From: Akkermansiaceae bacterium
GTDB lineage: Bacteria; Verrucomicrobiota; Verrucomicrobiia; Verrucomicrobiales; Akkermansiaceae
Direction: 5' to 3'
DNA: 64,000 bases
NCBI GenBank assembly: GCA_022510805.1
Contig: JAFLSS010000003.1
Location: forward strand, 1,323 to 65,322
This document shows, piece after piece, positions 35,750-45,989 of the stretch (the first letter of the stretch is position 1; each line of letters opens with the position of its first letter). Made by a program: the position numbers and the translations under genes. The notes beneath the pieces were generated by a model that was not told the origin of the DNA, made no database searches, and saw only the letters and a list, made by a program, of their open reading frames with translations.

Positions 35750-38700
35750 TCAGGGGCGGTTTTCTTGCAATTTGCGGGCAGAGGAGCGCCCCTTGAGCGC
35801 GAGCATGGGCGCAAAGAGAGTGAGCCGGTATTCTGCCACCATGAACCCATAGGCCACCCAGGCGGCGGAATCCGGGTGCAGGGCGTACTCGGCGTAAAAG
35901 GTATCAGGCACAGCGGCCTCGAGCGCATCGAGCCGCTCCAGCTCGCGCGCGATGGGCTGGTGAGCCAAGCGCTTGATCCGCTCACGCAAGCCGCGGGCAA
36001 AGCGTGAGAGGTCCGCCAGCTGCTCAGGGGCGCCGGCGCAGAGGAAGCCCGGGCGCACCAGCCACGCCCACTCTCGCTCCACATCCTCAACCACGCGGCG
36101 CGCCACAGGCAGGGACGCCGCCGTGGCGAGGTACTCCCGCACCTCCTGATGCACCTCCCCCAGCAGCGCCCAAAGGCGGGAGATGGGGCCGGCGAGGGTG
36201 TCATACACCTGCTCGCGCAGGCGCAGGCAGGCGGCATCGAACTCCCCGAGCGTGCGCGGCAGAGGCGCCAGCGCCGCATCCACCGCCGCCGCGATGCTCT
36301 GCTCAGCATTTTCCTTGGGGCGCGCGCCGAGAGTCTTGCAGGCAAACTGAGCCGTCATGCCCGAGAGCGGCAGGCGCTTGCGCAGGGAGTGCAGGTAATC
36401 CCCGCAGCGCAGCATGGCCAAGCGGCGCACCCCGGCGCGGTGGGCAAATGCCGCCTCTGCCTCTGTGGGGTATATCTTGACGCGCACACGCTCTTTTTCA
36501 TCCACGAGGGCGGGGTAGCCCACACTCGAGCCCACCTCCACCTGCAGCGGCAGGTCCCCGCAGTCCCAATGAGTCATGGGCGAGGCAGAGAACGTGCGCG
36601 CCGCCTGCTTGTGGAAGCGGCGCTCCCGGTAGCCGGTGAGGCGCTCGCGCAGCTCCGGGGCTGAGGTACCCAGCGCCAGCTCGCGGCCGGCGTCATCACA
36701 CACCCAGATCTTGGTGGTAAACTCCTCAGGCATGCGGCAGCTGCTCAGCTGGTCCACATGGCAGAACTGCCCGGTCTTGCGGTGCACAAACTCCGCCAGC
36801 GCCTGCTCCAATGGCCCCTCCGGGGGGAGGTCGGCGCGCTCATCCACAAACTCTGCTGCAGATTCGGCAATGGGCAGCAAGCGGCTGCGCAGCGCTTTGG
36901 GCAGGCTGCGCAGCAGGATCTCCACACGCTGCTCCAAATGCGCGGGCACCCCCCAGCCGGGCAGCCAATCCGGGAAAGCCTCCAGCTGGTCGATGTGCAC
37001 GCCCAGGGTCACACCATCATCCTCCTCACCGGGGGCGTGGCGGTAATACACAGGGAACTCCTGGCCGGCGGCGCAGAGCTCATCCGGGTAGAGCTCCGGG
37101 GCGGCCTCCCCCTCACCTGGGTACACACACTCCTCATACGGGATAAAGAGAAAGCGCGGGCGGCGTTTTTCCACCTGCTCGCGCCATTGGCGGAGGGCTT
37201 TTTCGGAGGTGCACTCAGCGGGGAGCCGCTCTGCAAAAAAACGGTAGACCGAGTCCTCGCACCAGATCAGATCCCGGCGGCGCAGCTTGTGCTCCACCAG
37301 GCTCACGCGCTCACGCATCTCCTCCAGGTGATCCAAGAAGGGCGCGCGCGCCTGCATCTGCAGCGGCAGGATCCCATCGCGGATCATGATGGAGCGCGCC
37401 TCGAGCGGGTGATGGCGCGCGTAGCTGATGCGCCGCCCATCCACCAGAGTCAGGCCGCCGCACACCACCCTCTCCCGGGCATACACCACACCGGCCGCCT
37501 TGTTCCACTCCGGGGCATAAGCATGGCACGCGCAGAGCTGCGGCGCCACCTGCTCCACCCACGCAGGATCCAGCACCGCGGCGCGCCTCATCCACAAGCG
37601 GCCGGTCTCCACCAGCTCCATGCCGAACACCCACTCCGCCCGGCTCTTGCGGCGGAAGAGCCCGGACCCCGGGAACACAGAAAAAGTGCGTCCGCCGGTG
37701 CTGCGGTAGAGCTTGGCCTCGCGGTCCCAGGTGCCGATCTGCAGCGGGGCGCCGGCCAGGATGGCGCGGTGGAGGCGCTCAGCCGTGGCCTGCTGCTCGG
37801 GCGGCGGCAGCGGCGGCGTGCGCCAGCGCAAGAACACCTTGAGCGAGTTGGCCAGATCCTGCTGCAAATTGTGCCACTCCACCATGCGCATGAAACTCAG
37901 GTAATTCGCGCTGCACCACTTGCGCAGCCGGTTGCGCTGCAGCCGCTTGCCCTCATGAAATGCGGCAAAATCCCGCCAGAGCAGCAGCAGCGAGAGAAAA
38001 TCACTCTCCTCATGCCGCCACTGCGCATGCGCCTGATCCGCCTGAGTCGCATACTCCGCCGGCCGCTCCCGCGGGTCCATGATACTCACCCCGGCCACAA
38101 TCACCAGCGCCTCCGCCAGCGCCTGCTCCTCGCGCGCCTCCAGCAGGATGCGCCCCAGGCGCGGGTCGAGCGGCAGGCGCGCCAGCTTGCGCCCGATGGG
38201 GGTGAGCTCCTTGTGTGAATTGATGGCGCCTATCTCGCGCAGGGTGCGGTAACCCTCATTGATGAGGCGGGCACTGGGCGGGTCCGGCAGGGGGAACTCC
38301 GCCAGCGGCGGCAGGTGCAGATCCGCCATGCGCAAAATAACACCCGCCAGCGAACTGCGGCGAATTTCCGGATCCGTGTAGGGCGCGCGCTGCAGCAAAT
38401 CCTCCTCACTGTAGAGGTGCAGGCAGATCCCCTCTGCCACGCGGCCGCAGCGCCCGGCGCGCTGCCGCGCGCTGGCTTGGGAGATAGGCTCCACCTGCAA
38501 GCTCTGAATCTGCCGCCCGGGCAAGTAGCGGGAGATGCGCGCCAGGCCGCTGTCTATCACATACAAAATACCCGGTATCGTGAGCGAAGTCTCGGCCACA
38601 TTGGTGGCAAGCACCACGCGGCGCGTCCCGGGCAGCGGGTGAAAGATGCGCTGCTGCTCCGCGAGGCTCAGGCGGGCAAAGAGCGGCAAGATGAGCGTGT

Positions 38701-39442
38701 GGGGCCACTCCTCAGCCTCCAGAGCATCCGCGCAATCCCGGATCTCACGCTCACCGGGCAGAAACACCAGCACATCCCCCCGGTCATCATACTCAGAGAG
38801 CTGCGCCAGCGCGCGGCACACATGCGCCGAGAGCTCCTCGCGCTCATGCTGCCGGGGCAGGTACACATGCTCCACCGGGTACGTGCGCCCCTCAGCATAG
38901 ACCACAGGCGCCTTGCCGAAAAACTCCGCAAACGCCGCCGCATCCATCGTCGCGGAGGAGATGATGAGCTTCAAATCGCGCCGCCGGGCGAGCAGCAGCT
39001 TCAGAAAGCCCAGCAGGAAATCAATGTTGAGACTACGCTCATGCGCCTCGTCCAGAATAATCGTATGGTAGCGCAGCAAATCGGGATCCTGCTGCGTCTC
39101 CGCCAGCAGAATACCATCCGTCATCAGCTTCATACGCGTCTCAGGCCCGGTGTGGTCATCAAAGCGCACCTGGTAGCCCACATACGCCCCCACCTCACAG
39201 CCCACCTCCTCAGCCAAGCGGCGCGCCACAGCCACCGCCGCCAGACGCCGCGGCTGCGTACAGCCCAGCATCCCCTCGCGCTCCCCGGCCACCTCCATCG
39301 CAATCTTGGGAAGCTGCGTCGTCTTGCCGCTGCCCGTCTCGCCCACCACCACCACCACCTGGTGCTCGCGCAGCGCCGCCGCAATCTCGCGGCGGTGAGC
39401 ACACACAGGAAGATCAGGATAAGTAAACCTCATCATCATCAT
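35750..39442 (-). CDS. hrpA: ATP-dependent RNA helicase HrpA
   Basis: 1230 aa. GETGSGKTTQ, DEAHERS, SATM, TNVAETS and QRAGRCGR, plus a long HrpA C-terminal region. Confidence 0.9.
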   Translation of the reverse strand: MMMMRFTYPDLPVCAHRREIAAALREHQVVVVVGETGSGKTTQLPKIAMEVAGEREGMLGCTQPRRLAAVAVARRLAEEVGCEVGAYVGYQVRFDDHTGPETRMKLMTDGILLAETQQDPDLLRYHTIILDEAHERSLNIDFLLGFLKLLLARRRDLKLIISSATMDAAAFAEFFGKAPVVYAEGRTYPVEHVYLPRQHEREELSAHVCRALAQLSEYDDRGDVLVFLPGEREIRDCADALEAEEWPHTLILPLFARLSLAEQQRIFHPLPGTRRVVLATNVAETSLTIPGILYVIDSGLARISRYLPGRQIQSLQVEPISQASARQRAGRCGRVAEGICLHLYSEEDLLQRAPYTDPEIRRSSLAGVILRMADLHLPPLAEFPLPDPPSARLINEGYRTLREIGAINSHKELTPIGRKLARLPLDPRLGRILLEAREEQALAEALVIVAGVSIMDPRERPAEYATQADQAHAQWRHEESDFLSLLLLWRDFAAFHEGKRLQRNRLRKWCSANYLSFMRMVEWHNLQQDLANSLKVFLRWRTPPLPPPEQQATAERLHRAILAGAPLQIGTWDREAKLYRSTGGRTFSVFPGSGLFRRKSRAEWVFGMELVETGRLWMRRAAVLDPAWVEQVAPQLCACHAYAPEWNKAAGVVYARERVVCGGLTLVDGRRISYARHHPLEARSIMIRDGILPLQMQARAPFLDHLEEMRERVSLVEHKLRRRDLIWCEDSVYRFFAERLPAECTSEKALRQWREQVEKRRPRFLFIPYEECVYPGEGEAAPELYPDELCAAGQEFPVYYRHAPGEEDDGVTLGVHIDQLEAFPDWLPGWGVPAHLEQRVEILLRSLPKALRSRLLPIAESAAEFVDERADLPPEGPLEQALAEFVHRKTGQFCHVDQLSSCRMPEEFTTKIWVCDDAGRELALGTSAPELRERLTGYRERRFHKQAARTFSASPMTHWDCGDLPLQVEVGSSVGYPALVDEKERVRVKIYPTEAEAAFAHRAGVRRLAMLRCGDYLHSLRKRLPLSGMTAQFACKTLGARPKENAEQSIAAAVDAALAPLPRTLGEFDAACLRLREQVYDTLAGPISRLWALLGEVHQEVREYLATAASLPVARRVVEDVEREWAWLVRPGFLCAGAPEQLADLSRFARGLRERIKRLAHQPIARELERLDALEAAVPDTFYAEYALHPDSAAWVAYGFMVAEYRLTLFAPMLALKGRSSARKLQENRP

Positions 39443-39507
39443 CGTAGGGCATGGGCAACCTGCAAATCATGCACCGCCGGCCGGGACCAACCAGCGGGGA
39501 ATACCAC

Positions 39508-40362
39508 TCACCTCCCCCAGCGCTTCACTATATCGCCATATGAGTCAATCCGCCGGTCGCGGAAGAAAGGCCAGATGCGGCGGTGATCCTCCAGCGCCGC
39601 CAAATCCAGATCCGCGCACAGAATCGCCGCCTCATGCACAGGCGCCTTAGCCACCACCTGGCCGCAGAAATCTGCCACAAAACTCTGCCCCCAGAACGTG
39701 GTCTCCCCCTCCACACCGCAGCGATTGACCGCGCACACATAGCAGCCATTGGCCACAGCGTGGCCGCGCTGCACCGTCTCCCACGCGCAATGCTGCGCCG
39801 CATACAGAGGCTCCTCACCGGGAATCCAGCCGATGGCCGTGGGGTAGAACAAGATCTCCGCCCCCTGCAGCGCCGTGAGCCGCGCCGCCTCCGGGTACCA
39901 CTGATCCCAGCAGATCAGCACCCCGATGCGCCCGTAGCGCGTATCAAAACACCTATAGCCCGTATCGCCGGGCGTGAAATAAAACTTCTCCTCAAACCCC
40001 GGATCCTGCGGTATATGCATCTTGCGGTACAGCCCGAGAAACGCGCCATCTGCATCCACCACCCAGGCCGTATTGTGGTATAACCCCGTCGCGCGCTTCT
40101 CAAAACCGGCCACCACCAGCACCACCCCCAGCTGCGCCGCCAGCTCACACAACTCAGCCGACCACTCACCCGGCACCTCCTCCGCCAAATCAAAGGCAGC
40201 GCAATCCTGCGAGCGGCAGAAATAGAGCGTGGTACACATCTCCTGAGTACAAATAATCTGCGCCCCCTGAGAAGCCGCCTCGCGGATTGCCTGCATCTGG
40301 CGGCGCTTATTTTCGGCTGGATCCGCTACAGCGGGTTGCTGGATAAGAGCTACTTTCGGCAT
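39508..40362 (-). CDS. aguB: N-carbamoylputrescine amidase (carbon-nitrogen hydrolase family)
   Basis: ATG at 40362 (MPKVALIQQ...). Nitrilase-superfamily Glu-Lys-Cys triad context, with the nucleophile Cys at ICWDQWYPE. Confidence 0.8.
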   Translation of the reverse strand: MPKVALIQQPAVADPAENKRRQMQAIREAASQGAQIICTQEMCTTLYFCRSQDCAAFDLAEEVPGEWSAELCELAAQLGVVLVVAGFEKRATGLYHNTAWVVDADGAFLGLYRKMHIPQDPGFEEKFYFTPGDTGYRCFDTRYGRIGVLICWDQWYPEAARLTALQGAEILFYPTAIGWIPGEEPLYAAQHCAWETVQRGHAVANGCYVCAVNRCGVEGETTFWGQSFVADFCGQVVAKAPVHEAAILCADLDLAALEDHRRIWPFFRDRRIDSYGDIVKRWGR

Positions 40363-40843
40363 GGGGCACACTATACCACGCCTCAGCCCCTTTGGCAAGC
40401 GCGCAGCGTCAGCCCCGCCCCGCGCCCCCCCGATCCCGATGGGGTGGAATCATTGAGCGTGTCCCGGAAAAAGCGTGCAGAGGCAAAGCCCGATTCCATA
40501 TCATATGCGCCCGAGTCTGATTCTGCTGCCTCCTCCCATGAATATGACGGCTTCTCCTTGCCCCGTTATCGCGCACCGGCCTCAGCGCAATGTGTATTCA
40601 GCCTTCTCTCAATCGGAGCCGATGCCCTGCACCGGCTCCGGCAGGCGGCCGCCGCGTGAGCCACCCCATACACGCCTGGCCCTCCCCTATGAGCCGGATG
40701 AACCTCAAGGCTCATCATCCGAAGTCCGGCAGGATCTCGCGGCTTCTCCTCATCTCCCTCCGCCGGGGCCACTCATCATACACCGCCCACCATCCATTGC
40801 CACCTGCCACTCTCCGCGCCGGCGGCGGAGGCGGCTTTCTGTC

Positions 40844-41446
40844 CTATGGCGCTGAGCCGGAGTTATCATCTCCTTTGGAGATTTCATTAAAATAGCCTTT
40901 GTCGGTGAGAATGAAGTGGCGTTGTTCCGTGCAATGGATGACCGGTATATCCGGCTCGCCGGTGCTTTCTATATGAATCGTGATGGTCATAGCCGGGCGC
41001 CCATCAGCCGCATGATCCAAAATCACTTTTCCGCACGCCGGATTGAACACTATACCATCGTCATGCTCATCATATACTTTGATAGCCTGATATTGATTGC
41101 CCGAAACGGGTATGTACAAAAGCCCATTCCCCTTCTGAGTGATGCCGAAGATGATCACGACTTCCTGATGTGCGTATTTGATATGGTACCGGACATCCCA
41201 CTCCGGAAGCGATTCTATGCGTATGCGCTCAATATCTTTTGTCATGAGGTCATGCAGGCCGTATTCATTCCCTTTTATTTCAACCACACGCACCATGTCA
41301 GGCGCCTCGCTAAGCAGTTCTTTTGAGGGCAAGAAAAAATCATAAGCTCTCCATTCTTTTTCATAGCTTTCTTGGCGGATAGCGCCTGAGCATATGCCGA
41401 GAAAAAGCAGGCCGATGATACTTAATGAGCTGATAGATGTTGTCAC
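40844..41446 (-). CDS. Secreted or membrane-anchored hypothetical protein (low-GC ORFan)
   Basis: 200 aa with N-terminal hydrophobic segment SISSLSIIGLLFLGICSGA. GC looks about 45% against about 63% for its neighbours. Confidence 0.55.
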   Translation of the reverse strand: MTTSISSLSIIGLLFLGICSGAIRQESYEKEWRAYDFFLPSKELLSEAPDMVRVVEIKGNEYGLHDLMTKDIERIRIESLPEWDVRYHIKYAHQEVVIIFGITQKGNGLLYIPVSGNQYQAIKVYDEHDDGIVFNPACGKVILDHAADGRPAMTITIHIESTGEPDIPVIHCTEQRHFILTDKGYFNEISKGDDNSGSAP

Positions 41447-41598
41447 GCACCCACCAATAGCACAGCAAAAAACTCATGTCAACACGCTTTTTCCACCTTT
41501 TGAAGCCGGGGGCTCACACCGGCGTGACGACGGTGGTGCTCATTTTTCACGGAAACCGCGCAGGCCGCCGCCAACTGCACCAGCCCATATTTTTCCGC

Positions 41599-41627
41599 TT
41601 GTCTTTTGATGCAATAGCGCGTAGAAT
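41599..41627 (+). promoter_or_regulatory. Sigma70-like promoter for ssb
   Basis: TTGTCT (41599-41604), N17, TAGAAT (41622-41627). Confidence 0.4.
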
Positions 41628-41713
41628 ATGAACAGGAAAACTGTGCCCGGCTCTCCGCGGGCTGTCGGCACGATGATTATTTACTCCCTCCTCACACACA
41701 CCACTCTACAACT

Positions 41714-42259
41714 ATGGCCAATCTGAATAAGGTAATGATTATCGGCAATCTGACAGCTGATCCGGAGGTGCGCACCACCCCGCGCGGCGCGTCCCTCACG
41801 GAGCTTCGCCTCGCTGTGAATCGCGTGTCCTCCGGTCCCAATGACGGCGAGCGCCGCGAGGAAACGACCTTTTTGGATGTGACATGCTGGGGGCGCACCG
41901 GTGAGGTGGCGGCGCAGTATCTCTCCAAAGGGCGGCCTGTCTTTATCGAGGGGCGCCTGCAGATGGATACTTGGGAGGATAAGCAGACGGGCCAAAAGCG
42001 CAGCCGCATCCGCATCGTGGCGGAGAATCTGCAGCTTCTCGGCGGCAGGGGTGACGCGCCCCAAGGCGGCGGGAGCCCGGCTCCGCAGCGCAGCTACGGC
42101 GGCTACCAACAGCAGGGCGGCTACCAGCAAGGCGGCTACCAGCAGGGCGGGTCTGACTACGCGCCCTCCCGCCCGGCCAATGATGGCTACGGCCGCCCGC
42201 AGGCTTCAGCTCCGGCGGCGCCCATGCCCCTGGAGGATGATGATGACATCCCGTTCTGA
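41714..42259 (+). CDS. ssb: Single-stranded DNA-binding protein
   Basis: OB-fold N-terminus MANLNKVMIIGNLTADPEVR, a Gly/Gln/Tyr-rich linker, and the acidic tip DDDIPF. Confidence 0.95.
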   Translation: MANLNKVMIIGNLTADPEVRTTPRGASLTELRLAVNRVSSGPNDGERREETTFLDVTCWGRTGEVAAQYLSKGRPVFIEGRLQMDTWEDKQTGQKRSRIRIVAENLQLLGGRGDAPQGGGSPAPQRSYGGYQQQGGYQQGGYQQGGSDYAPSRPANDGYGRPQASAPAAPMPLEDDDDIPF

Positions 42260-42396
42260 TGCGCAGCAGCAGGATGGGGGGGCATCCCTTCTTTTTCAGG
42301 AGTGGGGTGTAGAATCTCAACTCAATTTTGCGTACTATGACAGCGTAGTACGCCACGCGCGGCGCATGCCGTAACTCAGACCAACATTAGCAGATC

Positions 42397-43803
42397 GTGA
42401 AAACAGTATACAAGGGAATGATCGGGGTAGGCATTGTACTGGGCGCTGCCGGCGCCTGGGCCTACTTCTCCGGCCACAAAGAGAATCAAATCCAGTTTTT
42501 GACCACGCAGATCACGCGCGGTGACTTTGTGAGCAAGGTGCAAGCCACCGGTACCTTGGAGCCGGAGGAGCTTGTCGACGTGGGCGCTCAAGTGACCGGC
42601 GAGATCAAGGAATTCGGCACGGATCTGCAGGGCAAGCGCGTGGACTACGGCAGTGAGGTGAAAGCGGGGCAGCTTCTCGCCCGCATTGACGACACGCTGG
42701 TGGAGCTCAATATCAAGCGCGCTGAGGCGCAGGTGGCGCAGGCGCAGGCGCAGATTCTCTCTGCCGAGGCATCGCTGGCGCAGGCCAAGGCCAGTATCAC
42801 CCAGTCTACGGCTAATAAAAACCGGGCCGACCGCGATATGCAGCGCGCGAAAAATCTGGGGGTGGGCATTGCCCTCTCGCAGATGGATTATGACCAGTAT
42901 ATGAATGCGGCCGAGAGCGCAGCCGCGGCTTTGGAGGGCGCCCAGGCCCAGCTCCGCACGGCGGAGGCTCAGCAAGCCAGCGCCCAAGCCCAGCTTCAGA
43001 GCGCCCAAGCCCAGCTGGAAAGTGAGCTGCGCAACCGCGATTACACCCGCATCACAACCCCGGTGGATGGCACCATCGTGGTGCGCCAAGTCAATGTTGG
43101 CCAAACGGTGGTGAGCAGCATGAATGCCACCACGCTCTTCCTTGTCGCGCGCGACCTGACGCACATGCAGATATGGTCCAGCGTGAATGAGGCCGACATC
43201 GCCAAAGTCACCCCGGGCCAGGAGGTGCGCTACACGGTGGATGCCCTGCCCAATGAGACCTTCACCGGCAAGGTGAACAAGATCCGCCCCAATGCCACGA
43301 TGTCTTCCAACGTGGTGACCTATATCGTGGAGATCGACATCGAAAACCCTGATCGCAAGCTGCTGCCCTACATGAGCGCCAATGCGAACTTCATCATCGA
43401 AGAGATCAAAGACTGCCTCATGGTCGCGGACTCTGCGTTCGATTTCCACCCGAAGCCGAACCTGGTCGCCTCACCGCCGGCGCCTCCGGCAGAGGGCGCC
43501 ACGCTCATCTGGAAAGTTGTCGGCGACAAGGTGCAGCCCGTGCAAGTCATCCGCGGGCAGGGAGATGGCACGCGCAGCATCATCACCCCTGTGGAAGAGG
43601 CCGCGCTGACAGAGCATGACCGCATCGCCACGGGGGTGATCTCGGCCGCGGCCGGCAAGTCCTCCTCCAAACCCAGCGGGGAGAACAACCTCTTCGGCAT
43701 GAAGCGTCCGGAGCGCCGCCAGCGCAGCACCGGCGGAGCCGAGGCCAAGTCCGGCCAACCCGCCAGAGGCGGCGCCCGCCCCGGCGGCCCCCCGCCCATG
43801 TGA
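42397..43803 (+). CDS. macA: Efflux periplasmic adaptor (HlyD/MacA family)
   Basis: GTG start at 42397 with an N-terminal TM segment. A long Ala/Gln coiled-coil hairpin is followed by VDGTIV..QVNVGQ and TGKV beta-barrel segments. Confidence 0.8.
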   Translation: MKTVYKGMIGVGIVLGAAGAWAYFSGHKENQIQFLTTQITRGDFVSKVQATGTLEPEELVDVGAQVTGEIKEFGTDLQGKRVDYGSEVKAGQLLARIDDTLVELNIKRAEAQVAQAQAQILSAEASLAQAKASITQSTANKNRADRDMQRAKNLGVGIALSQMDYDQYMNAAESAAAALEGAQAQLRTAEAQQASAQAQLQSAQAQLESELRNRDYTRITTPVDGTIVVRQVNVGQTVVSSMNATTLFLVARDLTHMQIWSSVNEADIAKVTPGQEVRYTVDALPNETFTGKVNKIRPNATMSSNVVTYIVEIDIENPDRKLLPYMSANANFIIEEIKDCLMVADSAFDFHPKPNLVASPPAPPAEGATLIWKVVGDKVQPVQVIRGQGDGTRSIITPVEEAALTEHDRIATGVISAAAGKSSSKPSGENNLFGMKRPERRQRSTGGAEAKSGQPARGGARPGGPPPM

Positions 43804-43867
43804 GGCCCCGCCGCCGCCCTGTCATCATACCCCACCCATCCCCCCTACTCTAGCACACTGAACACCC

Positions 43868-44575
43868 GTGATTGAGCTTCGGAACATCACCAAGGTCTAC
43901 CATCTGGGCGAGCTCGACCTCCCCGTCCTCAAGGGCATCTCGCTGCGAATTGAGGATGGTGAGTTCGTGTCGCTCACCGGCGCCTCCGGCAGCGGCAAAT
44001 CAACGCTCATGAACCTGCTGGGCTGCCTGGATCACCCCACCAGCGGAGAATACCTGCTGGATGGGCGCGATGTGGCCGGCTTGAATGCCGACGAGCGCGC
44101 CCGCATGCGCAACGCCCGCATCGGCTTCGTCTTTCAGAATTTCAACCTGCTGCCGCGCACCTCAGCCCTGGAGAACGTGATGATGCCGGCGCACTACCAC
44201 CACCCCGCGCTGCCCACAGCCGAGATCCGCGCCCGCGCGCTGGAGCTCATCCGCCTCGTCGGGCTGGAGGAGCGCATGCACCACACACCCGCCCAGCTCT
44301 CCGGCGGCCAGCAGCAGCGCGTCGCCATCGCACGCTCCCTCATCAACAACCCCGGCATCCTGCTGGCAGATGAACCCACCGGCAACCTCGACTCCACCAC
44401 CTCGGTGGAGGTGATGCACATGTTCCGCGAGCTCAACCGCCAAAAGGGCATCACCGTCATCATCGTGACACATGATCCGAAGACGGCAGCCTTCACCGAC
44501 CGCGCTATTAACATGAGCGACGGCCTCATCCTCGAAGGAGTGGCCAATGAGCTCCAAGCCACGCTAGCCAAATGA
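43868..44575 (+). CDS. ABC transporter ATP-binding protein (MacB/LolD type)
   Basis: GASGSGKST, LSGGQQQRVAIAR and LLADEPTGNLD. Confidence 0.85.
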   Translation: MIELRNITKVYHLGELDLPVLKGISLRIEDGEFVSLTGASGSGKSTLMNLLGCLDHPTSGEYLLDGRDVAGLNADERARMRNARIGFVFQNFNLLPRTSALENVMMPAHYHHPALPTAEIRARALELIRLVGLEERMHHTPAQLSGGQQQRVAIARSLINNPGILLADEPTGNLDSTTSVEVMHMFRELNRQKGITVIIVTHDPKTAAFTDRAINMSDGLILEGVANELQATLAK

Positions 44576-45942
44576 GATACGCCACACTATTTCTCACCTG
44601 CCTGCGCGGCCTCGTGCGCAACCCCATGCGCGCCGCCCTCACCGTACTCGGCATTGTCATCGGCATCGCAGCCGTGGTGGCCATCATGGAGATCGGCGAG
44701 GGCTCCAAGCAGCAGATCGCTGACAAATTCTCCTCACTCGGCGCCAATGTGGTCAATATCTTCGGCGCCTCCGTGAGCACCTCCGGCGTGAACTCCGGCA
44801 TGGGCGGCCGCGCCTCCCTCTTCCCGAGCGATGCCGACGCCATCATGCAGGAATGCACCGACACGGTCATCTCCGCCTCCCCGCTTGTCCGCGCCAGCGG
44901 CCAGGTCATCGTGGGCAACCTGAACTGGAGCCCCAACTCCATCAAAGGCGGCAATGAGCACTACCTGGACATCGAGGGCTGGGAAGTGGAAAAAGGCCGC
45001 GCCTTCACAAAATCACAAGTCGACTCCGCGGCGCGGGTGTGCCTCATCGGCCAGACCATCGCCAAGGAACTCTATGCGAATCAAGACCCCATCGGCCAAG
45101 ATATCCGCATCAAGGATGTTGTCTTCACCATCATCGGCGTGCTGGCCTCCAAGGGGGCAGATGGCATGGGCAATGACCAGGATGACTGCCTGATCCTGCC
45201 CTGGACCAGCATCCGCACGCGCCTCATGGGCGCTTCCGGCAGCGCCACCATCACCAAAGGCGGCGCCGCCAACAGCACGAGCAAAGTCTCCTCCACCGAT
45301 ACATTCTCCACCTCGGCGGTGAACTTCTACCCCGGCTGTGACCTGCAGCCATTCTCCGGCGCGCCCCACCCGCTGCGCACCCGCACCGTCGACTCCATCC
45401 TGGTGAAAATCCGCAATGGGGAGAACGCCACCCCGGCCATGGATGAGATGACCCCCGTCCTGCGCCGGCAGCACAAGCTGGAACCCGGCGTGCTGGATGA
45501 CTTTGAGCTGCGCGACCGCTCCCAGTTTGCCAAGATGATGACCGGCACGAGCGAGACCATGAGCAACCTGCTCATCGCCGTGGCCATGATCTCACTCATC
45601 GTCGGCGGGGTGGGCATCATGAACATCATGATGGTATCCGTCACCGAGCGCACACGAGAAATCGGCCTGCGCATGGCCGTGGGCGCCCGCCCGCGCGACA
45701 TCATGCAGCAATTCCTGCTGGAGGCCGTGCTGCTCTGCCTCGTGGGCGGCGTCATCGGCATCATCGTCGGGCGCATCGCCTCCCAACTCGTCAGCAGCCA
45801 CTACGGGTGGCCCGTGGCCAGCTCACCGGCCGCCATGGCACTCTCCGTCACCGTGGCAGCCGTCATCGGCATCATCTTCGGCTGGTACCCGGCCTACAAA
45901 GCCTCGCGGCTCGACCCCATCGAAGCCCTGCACCACGAGTAA
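44572..45942 (+). CDS. ABC transporter permease (MacB_PCD plus FtsX domains)
   Basis: 4-nt overlap with the ATPase gene. A large periplasmic domain lies between TM1 and TM2. The C-terminal FtsX segment is TREIGLRMAVGARPRDI. Confidence 0.85.
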   Translation: MRYATLFLTCLRGLVRNPMRAALTVLGIVIGIAAVVAIMEIGEGSKQQIADKFSSLGANVVNIFGASVSTSGVNSGMGGRASLFPSDADAIMQECTDTVISASPLVRASGQVIVGNLNWSPNSIKGGNEHYLDIEGWEVEKGRAFTKSQVDSAARVCLIGQTIAKELYANQDPIGQDIRIKDVVFTIIGVLASKGADGMGNDQDDCLILPWTSIRTRLMGASGSATITKGGAANSTSKVSSTDTFSTSAVNFYPGCDLQPFSGAPHPLRTRTVDSILVKIRNGENATPAMDEMTPVLRRQHKLEPGVLDDFELRDRSQFAKMMTGTSETMSNLLIAVAMISLIVGGVGIMNIMMVSVTERTREIGLRMAVGARPRDIMQQFLLEAVLLCLVGGVIGIIVGRIASQLVSSHYGWPVASSPAAMALSVTVAAVIGIIFGWYPAYKASRLDPIEALHHE

Positions 45943-45989
45943 CCCCCTCCTCCTCCCCCCCTCAATTTTCCTCCACTCCCTGAGCCTAC

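Noticed and set aside
40475-40855. 126-aa plus-strand ORF in the aguB-ORFan gap (also 40336..40659 and 40590..40895).
   Set aside because: The translations are Pro/Arg/Ser-rich. Three overlapping frames are all open, which is a composition effect, and there are no motifs.
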